NCBI GenBank assembly: GCA_040772485.1 | Contig: JAXGYC010000007.1 | Location: 672,001-736,000, forward strand | Source: Sedimentisphaerales bacterium | Lineage (GTDB): Bacteria > Planctomycetota > Phycisphaerae > Sedimentisphaerales > Anaerobacaceae | Length of the DNA: 64,000 bases | Direction: 5' to 3' | Shown here: positions 57,546-64,000 of the stretch, one piece after another | Position numbering within the stretch: the stretch's first letter is position 1 | How the letters are laid out: each line of letters begins with the position of its first letter | Position numbers and translations under genes: made by a program | Notes under the pieces: model-generated | Database searches by the model: none | Seen by the model: only the letters and a program-made list of their open reading frames with translations | What the model was told of the DNA's origin: nothing

Positions 57546-59321
57546 ATGGGCGAAGAGAACATCGCGGTGCACGTCACGCATGAAGCCGCGGGGAAAATCG
57601 GGGGAATCGGCGCCGTCCTGCAAGGCTTCTTCACGTGTCCGTCCTACCTGGACGCCATCGGCCGTTCCGTGCTGATCAGCCCGTTGTTTACGACGGAAGG
57701 CTCCGTCCAGGACCGGCTCGGGGAAGACGGAGAGGTCCTGTACTCGTCGATCGACGGCCTGATCAACCCCAGTTACAGCCACGCGTTCGGTCGAATCGAG
57801 AGCCTCTACAACGTGGGCATCGTGTACGGACGTCGCACGTTCATCGACAAGCAGACCGGCGTCTGGAGCACGCCCGAAGTGCTGCTGATCGACGTGCGCT
57901 ACATGGATCGCGGCATGCTCAACGAATTCAAGCGACGTCTCTTCGAGGAGTTCGGCATCCAGAGCCATCTGCACGAGCACCTCTGGGAGTACGAGCAGTA
58001 CGTACGCCTGGCGTCGCCGGCCATCGCCGTGCTCAAGGCGCTGGGCGCCGCCGAGGGACGAACCACCATCATCTCGCACGAGTTCATGGGCATGCCCACC
58101 GTGCTCGCGGCCCGGCTGGAACCGTACTGCAACTTCCGAACGGTGTTCTACGCACACGAGGTGGCCACGATACGGCGCATCGTCGAGGAGCATCCGGGCC
58201 ATGACACGATGTTCTACAACGTCATGGAGCGCGCCCATCGCGACCGGCTCTACGTCGGCGACGTCTTCGGGAATCAGGGCACGTATTTCAAGCACTCGCT
58301 GGTCGAAGCCTCGAAATACTGCGATCACATCTACGCGGTCGGCGATTTCGTCGCCGACGAGCTGCGTTTTCTGGCGCCCGAGTTCGAGACGGCCGACATC
58401 GACATCGTGTACAACGGGATTCCCGCGCACGAGATTCACATCGGCGAGAAGCTGGCCTCGAAGGACAAACTCCAGCGTTACTGCGAGAACCTGCTCGGAT
58501 ATCGGCCGGACTACATCTTCACTCACGTGACGCGTCTGGTCCGCAGCAAGGGACTCTGGCGGGATCTGCGCGTTCTGTCCGAGATGGATGCGACACTCAG
58601 ACAGCAGGGACAGACCGCCGTCTTTCTCCTGCTCAGCACGGAAGTCTCACGCCGACGCAGTTGCGACATTCATCGCATGGAATCGACCTACGGCTGGCCC
58701 GTCGCCCACCGTGAGGGCTGGCCGGACCTGTCCGGCGGGGAGGCCGACTTCCACACGGCCATTCAGCAGTTCAACGCCCGCAGCAGAAACATCAAGGCCG
58801 TCTTCATCAACCAGTTCGGCTTCGACCCGAAATCCTGCGGCAGCCACATGCCGGCCGACATCGAATTCCTCGACATTCGAAAAGGCAGCGACGTGGAGTT
58901 CGGTCAGAGCATCTACGAGCCGTTTGGCATCGCCCAGCTCGAGCCGCTCACCTACGGCAGTCTCTGCGTGTTCACGGGCGTCTGCGGCTGTGCCGGCTTC
59001 GTTCGCGACGTGACGGGCGGACAAGCGGTCAGAAACGTCCTCCTGGCCGACTACACCGATCTAGGCGATCATCCGTATCGCGACGTCGAAGACCTCCTCC
59101 AGATCGACCGTCAGGTGCGCGATCGCATTGAAGCCGCCGAGGCCGCCCGGCTCGCGAGGGAAATCCTGGAGCATCTGCCCAAGAACGAAGCGGAGCTCGA
59201 CGGGATGATCTGCGAGGGATATCGTCTGGCCTACAACATGAGTTGGGATGTGGTGGTGCGCAAGTACCTGCTCAACGATCTGTCGCGAGGCTCCCAGAAG
59301 CAGCTTTCGTGCCGCAACTGA
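57546..59321 (+). CDS. Glycogen synthase-like glycosyltransferase (GT3-like)
   Basis: HEAAGKIGGI, HEFM, HEVAT, YNGI, SIYEPFGIAQLE. Confidence 0.7.
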   Translation: MGEENIAVHVTHEAAGKIGGIGAVLQGFFTCPSYLDAIGRSVLISPLFTTEGSVQDRLGEDGEVLYSSIDGLINPSYSHAFGRIESLYNVGIVYGRRTFIDKQTGVWSTPEVLLIDVRYMDRGMLNEFKRRLFEEFGIQSHLHEHLWEYEQYVRLASPAIAVLKALGAAEGRTTIISHEFMGMPTVLAARLEPYCNFRTVFYAHEVATIRRIVEEHPGHDTMFYNVMERAHRDRLYVGDVFGNQGTYFKHSLVEASKYCDHIYAVGDFVADELRFLAPEFETADIDIVYNGIPAHEIHIGEKLASKDKLQRYCENLLGYRPDYIFTHVTRLVRSKGLWRDLRVLSEMDATLRQQGQTAVFLLLSTEVSRRRSCDIHRMESTYGWPVAHREGWPDLSGGEADFHTAIQQFNARSRNIKAVFINQFGFDPKSCGSHMPADIEFLDIRKGSDVEFGQSIYEPFGIAQLEPLTYGSLCVFTGVCGCAGFVRDVTGGQAVRNVLLADYTDLGDHPYRDVEDLLQIDRQVRDRIEAAEAARLAREILEHLPKNEAELDGMICEGYRLAYNMSWDVVVRKYLLNDLSRGSQKQLSCRN

Positions 59322-59393
59322 CCGGCGTCCCGTCGCGCCGGCCGATTCCTGCTGCGCTCTCATACGGATTGGGGTTTATTCGTGCGCTCCGCC

Positions 59394-59509
59394 TTGTCGT
59401 CCTGAACGAAGTGAAGAGCCTGCCCTGAGCTTGCCGAAGGGATCTGGGCGGCGAATGAGAAGAACGTTTCATACCATGACCAGATCCTTCGCGAGGCTCA
59501 GGATGACAA
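59394..59509. repeat. REP/MITE-like palindromic element with a nested second repeat
   Basis: TTGTCGTCCTGAACGAAGTGAAG[AGCCTGCCCTGAGCTTGCCGAAGG]GATCTG ... CAGATCCTTCGCGAGGCTCAGGATGACAA, between convergent genes. Confidence 0.75.
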
Positions 59510-59544
59510 AGTCACTTCCGCGCGAGGACTCTTCCTAATCCGTA

Positions 59545-60744
59545 TCACATGGCCCCGGTCTGGGCGAAGACGTCGTACCCCTGGCCGTCGGGTGGTTCGG
59601 CGATCCAGACCACCACGTAGCGACCGTCGGGCGCCATCGCCGCACCCGGATACCAGTTCCGGCGCGCGCCCTCAACATGCAACGCCGATTCACAGTCCAC
59701 CAGGCCCCCTGCCCCGGTGCAAAGCTGGCTTCGCACGCAGCAGCCATCTCCACTCGGATCGTGGCAATCCCAGAGGATCAGGAATCGATCGCTGCCGTCG
59801 GACGTGACGCAGGGGCGTCCCTGGTTGCCTTCCGTGCAGGTGTTGACGATGTAGGGCGGCGTCACCGGTTGGGCATCGGCGTCGAACGGCTGAGCGCAGA
59901 TGTTGTAGGGGAAAGGACCGATGGCCCAGGCAACCACGAACCGCCCGTCGCGACCGGCCGCCACGGACGGGCCATACCACCGGCTGTTCAGGTCGTCTGT
60001 CAATGACTTCTCCGGCCCCAACGGCGTCCCATCCGCATCGAATTGACGGACCCGGATGTATTCGCCGTAGGGGCGATTGTAGGTGTCGCCCATCCGAATC
60101 CAGGCGACGACGAACCGTCCCGCCTCGTCGATCGCGACATCGGGCCATTTCTGCTGTGGCTGGTCGCTGATCTCGAAGGGTTCCACCAGGGACGCTCCGT
60201 CGGCCCCGTAAACGCGGACCGCCGCGTAGCTCCTGCCGGTGTAGGAATTGCCGTACCAGTCGGTCCAGACGACAACGAAGGTCCCGGCGGAATTCACCGC
60301 GATCTTGGGGTCTGATTCAGCGACGTCCGCTGAATCCGCCACCGCCAGTTCTTCCGTCAGGGCTTCTCCCTGGGCATCGAATCGGCGCAAAACGACGTTG
60401 CGATCGCCCTGCCTGGCCGCAACCCATGCGACCACGAACTCGCCGGAAGGGGCCATCGCCACCGCCGCCGTCCAGTTGTCCACGTCCACCTCGGAAAGGT
60501 TGACCTTGAACTCGTCGTCCAGCGCGGTTCCGTCGGCGCCGAACCGGCGGCCGAACACCCCGCCGCCCCGCCCGTCGGCCACGTGGCTGCGCCAGACCAC
60601 CACGAATTCGCCGTCGTCGTTCATGGCCACCGCCGGATGCGTCTGATGGTGTGGGCCGTAGCCGTTTACCTGGATTTGTGCAAAGGCGCCTGCCGCCAAA
60701 GCCAGGGCAATTCCAATGGATGCGCAAATTCTCCGCCTGTACAT
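59545..60744 (-). CDS. Secreted repeat protein, probable beta-propeller
   Basis: Signal peptide; about seven repeats of P.VAM...G.FVVVW...RRF.A.G. Confidence 0.75.
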   Translation of the reverse strand: MYRRRICASIGIALALAAGAFAQIQVNGYGPHHQTHPAVAMNDDGEFVVVWRSHVADGRGGGVFGRRFGADGTALDDEFKVNLSEVDVDNWTAAVAMAPSGEFVVAWVAARQGDRNVVLRRFDAQGEALTEELAVADSADVAESDPKIAVNSAGTFVVVWTDWYGNSYTGRSYAAVRVYGADGASLVEPFEISDQPQQKWPDVAIDEAGRFVVAWIRMGDTYNRPYGEYIRVRQFDADGTPLGPEKSLTDDLNSRWYGPSVAAGRDGRFVVAWAIGPFPYNICAQPFDADAQPVTPPYIVNTCTEGNQGRPCVTSDGSDRFLILWDCHDPSGDGCCVRSQLCTGAGGLVDCESALHVEGARRNWYPGAAMAPDGRYVVVWIAEPPDGQGYDVFAQTGAM

Positions 60745-60980
60745 GGTCGTACTCCCGCCAGCTTCCCTGTGTAGATGGAATCTCGTCTAAACCTACACTC
60801 GCACTACTTCCCACACCCCGCCGTGGGCGTCTACGTAATAAGACGCAATGGGGCACACATTGTTACAAAAAAAGAGGCAGAAAAATGGGCTTGTGCTCCG
60901 GGAGCAAGTCTGCCTGGCGTGCAGCCTTCGTGTCGAACCGGCAAGGGCGGCCTCGGGCCGAGACCTCTTGTCTGAGCGGC

Positions 60981-61994
60981 TTAATCGCGGTGAGGTGGTG
61001 CGGTAGCCCGGTCGTCTTCCTTCTTCTTCTCGGCCTTCTTGAGCGACAGGTGCGCCAGCAGAAGGCCCAGTTCATAGAGGGCATAGAGAGGAATGGCCAG
61101 CGTGACTTGGGAGATCACGTCGGGCGGCGTGACGACCGCCGCGACGATGACCGTCACGAGAATGACATACTTGCGGACTTCGCGCAGGGTCTTCAGCGCG
61201 ACGAGGCCCGTCCGTACCAGGATGAAGATCGCGATCGGCGTCTGGAAGGCCAGTCCGAAGACCAGCATCAGAACGGTCACGAACGAAATGTACTTCTCCA
61301 GGGTCCAGTTGGCAGCCACCCCGACGATATCGTTGAACGCCAGGAAGAACTTCAGCGTCAGGGGCGCGACCACGAACAGGAAGAACAGGGCTCCGATGAT
61401 GAACAGCGCGGCGGAGAAGGGCACCGCCTGTCGCACGTACCGCCGCTCGTGCGTGTAGAGCCCGGCCGCGACAAACATCCAGAGCTGGTAGAAAACCCAT
61501 GGACAGGTCAGGATCAGCCCGGAGATAAAGGCGATCTTCATGTAGGCCGTGAAGGCTTCCGGGATCCCCAGGACCCTGAGGCGCGCATCCAGCGGAAGCT
61601 CTCTGCCGTCGCCGGTGCCGTACCTCTGCTCCGTCCAGGCTTTCACGGCATCCGCAGAAATGTCTCGGATGAAGGCAACACGGTTCGGATCGATCTCCGG
61701 CGCGTTCGGATCGGTTGCCAGCTTCTCTGTAAGGTCCGTGAAGAACAGATCGAGAAAGCTGAGGATCTCGGATTGCATCCGGGGCATCTCCGTCTTCTCG
61801 AACCGCTTTTGCATCGTGCGTTTGTAGGGTCTCTCGATGAACCTCAGGATGTGCGTGCCAAAGATCAGGGCAATGACCGAGCCGATCACCAAGCCGAGGA
61901 TGGCCAGGATCAGCCGCGCGCGAAGCTCTTCGAGGTGATCGCCTAAACTCATCGTGCAGCTTAGGGGATCATGGTTCTTCATGGTATCGCCCAT
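60981..61994 (-). CDS. tatC: Twin-arginine translocase subunit TatC
   Basis: MSLGDHLEELRARL, YQLWMFVAAGLYTHER, FGLAFQTP, TPPDVISQ, LYE. Confidence 0.95.
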   Translation of the reverse strand: MGDTMKNHDPLSCTMSLGDHLEELRARLILAILGLVIGSVIALIFGTHILRFIERPYKRTMQKRFEKTEMPRMQSEILSFLDLFFTDLTEKLATDPNAPEIDPNRVAFIRDISADAVKAWTEQRYGTGDGRELPLDARLRVLGIPEAFTAYMKIAFISGLILTCPWVFYQLWMFVAAGLYTHERRYVRQAVPFSAALFIIGALFFLFVVAPLTLKFFLAFNDIVGVAANWTLEKYISFVTVLMLVFGLAFQTPIAIFILVRTGLVALKTLREVRKYVILVTVIVAAVVTPPDVISQVTLAIPLYALYELGLLLAHLSLKKAEKKKEDDRATAPPHRD

Positions 61995-62032
61995 CTCGGT
62001 CGAGAGCAGGAGGGTGCCCGGTCAGGCGGCGG

Positions 62033-62302
62033 TCAGCTTTTCAGATCGGAGTCGTTCAGGCCCGAAGCATCCTTGGCGTCCTTCACGACGTCATTCTTGA
62101 CTTTGCGGACGTCATCGACCAGATCGTCGGAGGATTCCTTCGCTTCGTTGATACCCTTCTTGAATTCGGTGAGACTCTTTCCGACGCTGCGCGCGATTTC
62201 CGGCAGACGCCTGCCGAAGATCAGAAGTGCAACGACGAGAATGACCAGCCACTCCCACTGGCCGGGCATCCAAGCCAAGACGTATTGCGTCGAATCAACC
62301 AT
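62033..62302 (-). CDS. tatA: Twin-arginine translocase subunit TatA
   Basis: EWLVILVVALLIFGRRLPEIARSVGKSLTEFKKG. Confidence 0.92.
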   Translation of the reverse strand: MVDSTQYVLAWMPGQWEWLVILVVALLIFGRRLPEIARSVGKSLTEFKKGINEAKESSDDLVDDVRKVKNDVVKDAKDASGLNDSDLKS

Positions 62303-62989
62303 GGTCATCTCCTAAGTGCGTTGCTGCGTGCTCCTATGTGTGAAATAGGGCATAGCATCCTAATGTTGGTTCTTGAGTCATTTTTGCCCTCCGCAGCAGT
62401 TTCGGTACTTCGCGTACCTAGGGGAGGCGACAACGCCATGTACACCACTGTAGCCGCATGTCAGGATCGCGTCAAACAAAATATACGGGCACGGCCCGCC
62501 CGCAGTTCTGAGGTTGCCACGCCCCATCCTTGCGCTGCCCCATCTTCTCGTGTTTTCCGACCACGTTCGCAGTCGGCTCGCACAGCGTTATATGGGACGT
62601 TTCCGGACGCCGAGCCACTGTTGAGTATCGCGGCTTTGTCCGAAGTCGGTATTTATCTAAATATATTATTTACAATGACTTATGACCTGCATAGGCTTTT
62701 TTCTCTTGCTTCGGAACCCCCATTTCGGCTATAATACGGTCGTTGAGATTGATGGAAACTTGGGGGGCAGAAACGAACCATGAGCAGCTTCTATTACGAA
62801 ATCTGGCTTCCATTTGTCATCAGCAAGAGACGCATCCTCGTTCTGGCCGTTGCCAGCTACCTGGCTCTGTGCTGAGGTTCGCCTCGTTTGCCTGGTCTGC
62901 ACAGGTCTGAAGACCGCCCCGCAGCATCTGCCCTCATTGTGCCTCTGATCACCCCGCGCGCCGAACCCGGCGACAGCCATATCGACGAT

Positions 62990-63841
62990 CTAACATTCCT
63001 GCACCGCTCGCACAACCTTGAGCACATCCTGCATCGCCGCAACGTCGTGAACTCGCGCGATTGACACCCCCGCCATCGCACAGAGCGCCACGGTGGCCGC
63101 CGTGCCGAACACGCGATCGGCTGGCTTCTCGCGCCCGGTGATCGCCCCGATAAATCGCTTGCGGCTCGGGCCTACCAGCACACGGTAGCCCGTCGCCACG
63201 AAACGCTCGATATGCTTGAGCAACAGCAGGTTGTGCTTTGGGGTCTTGCCGAACCCGATCCCCGGATCGATCCAGATCCGCTCGCCGGCAATGCCGAGCG
63301 ATTCCGCCCGCCTGGCCTGACCGGCCAGAAAGTCCAGGACCTCCCCCACTACATCTCCGTAACGCGGATCGGCCTGCATCGTCCTGGGGGTTCCCTGCAT
63401 GTGCATCAGCGCCACGGGAACCTGCGCCTCGGCCGCCAGCCGGGCCATGTCGTCGTCCGCAAGGGCTGTGATGTCGTTCACGATGCAGGCGCCGGCCGCC
63501 AGTGCCGCTGCCGCCACCTCTGTATCACAGGTGTCGATGCTGATCGGGGCTTCTGTCTGACGCCTCAGCGATTCAATCACCGGGACCACGCGACGAATCT
63601 GCTCGGCCGCCGGGACCGACGCAGCGCCGGGCCGGGTGGATTCACCGCCGATGTCGATGATGGCCGCGCCTTGGGAGACCATCTCCAGGCCGTGCGCGAC
63701 CGCCCTGTCGGTATCCAGGAACTGCCCGCCGTCGCTGAAGGAATCCGGTGTGACATTGAGCACACCCATGATCAGACAGCCGCCGGAGAAATCCAATGCG
63801 CCGCCGGGCCACCGAAGCACGTCGTCACTCGTCGCCTTCAC
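62990..63841 (-). CDS. folP: Dihydropteroate synthase
   Basis: MGVLNVTPDSFSDGG, GGESTRPG, DPGIGFGK, SRKRF, RVHDV. Confidence 0.96.
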   Translation of the reverse strand: MKATSDDVLRWPGGALDFSGGCLIMGVLNVTPDSFSDGGQFLDTDRAVAHGLEMVSQGAAIIDIGGESTRPGAASVPAAEQIRRVVPVIESLRRQTEAPISIDTCDTEVAAAALAAGACIVNDITALADDDMARLAAEAQVPVALMHMQGTPRTMQADPRYGDVVGEVLDFLAGQARRAESLGIAGERIWIDPGIGFGKTPKHNLLLLKHIERFVATGYRVLVGPSRKRFIGAITGREKPADRVFGTAATVALCAMAGVSIARVHDVAAMQDVLKVVRAVQEC

Positions 63842-64000
63842 GCCGCCGCCCTTTCGCCTTGAAACCGATTCCCAGCAGCTTACGAATCAAAGCGCCGGCA
63901 GGCTCCGGCACGATGACCGTCGTGTTGTGGAACTCGCGGCGCACCGGATAGCTTTTTCGCAGGGCGTCAAAGAACCGTCCTCGGGCCTCGGGCGGTTCAT
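63825..64000 (-). CDS. pdxB: C-terminus of 4-phosphoerythronate dehydrogenase (partial)
   Basis: Hand translation ...FFDALRKSYPVRREF...KLLGIGF...*, the FD.LRK.Y..RRE motif of the PdxB C-terminal domain. Confidence 0.72.
   Translation of the reverse strand, partial: EPPEARGRFFDALRKSYPVRREFHNTTVIVPEPAGALIRKLLGIGFKAKGRRREGDE

Noticed and set aside
4502..61994. Recurrent DPN/DAN tripeptides in exported proteins as a possible glycosylation signal
   Set aside because: They also occur in cytoplasmic TyrS and the cyclase, and enrichment cannot be shown without counting.

Overview
GC-rich bacterial chromosomal window. Gene content and style suggest a Planctomycetota/Phycisphaerae-type organism (inference, not tested). 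It is mostly housekeeping and envelope genes: an Mla/MCE-type ABC operon, tRNA-Pro(CGG), priA, lhgO, a Dus enzyme, tyrS, ileS, an aminotransferase, tRNA-Leu(GAG), queE/queC/queF, tatA/tatC, folP and a partial pdxB, plus many secreted glycoside hydrolase and repeat proteins. No CRISPR array, rRNA, transposase or integrase was seen. Main signals: (1) at 48.2-54.5 kb, two tandem 120-aa secreted Cys/Pro-rich proteins whose leaders carry many GGA-loop hairpins (CsrA/Rsm-type sites, including the SD), next to a GAF-GGDEF cyclase and a MerR / FlgB-like / FlhG / FliA cluster with a perfect 24-bp palindrome and a near-consensus sigma28 promoter in front of fliA; (2) an animal-type thioester protein (GCGEQ plus a C3-like His) running off the left end and absent from the ORF track; (3) an Ile-codon leader-peptide attenuator upstream of ileS; (4) inverted heptamer-repeat arrays flanking a four-helix-bundle gene, and a second such array inserted in frame in the adjacent glycosyltransferase; (5) a ParE-like toxin-antitoxin pair followed by a HEPN gene; (6) a GGCT fused to an amidoligase-like domain. 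All calls come from reading motifs by eye, and several start codons were adjusted by hand.
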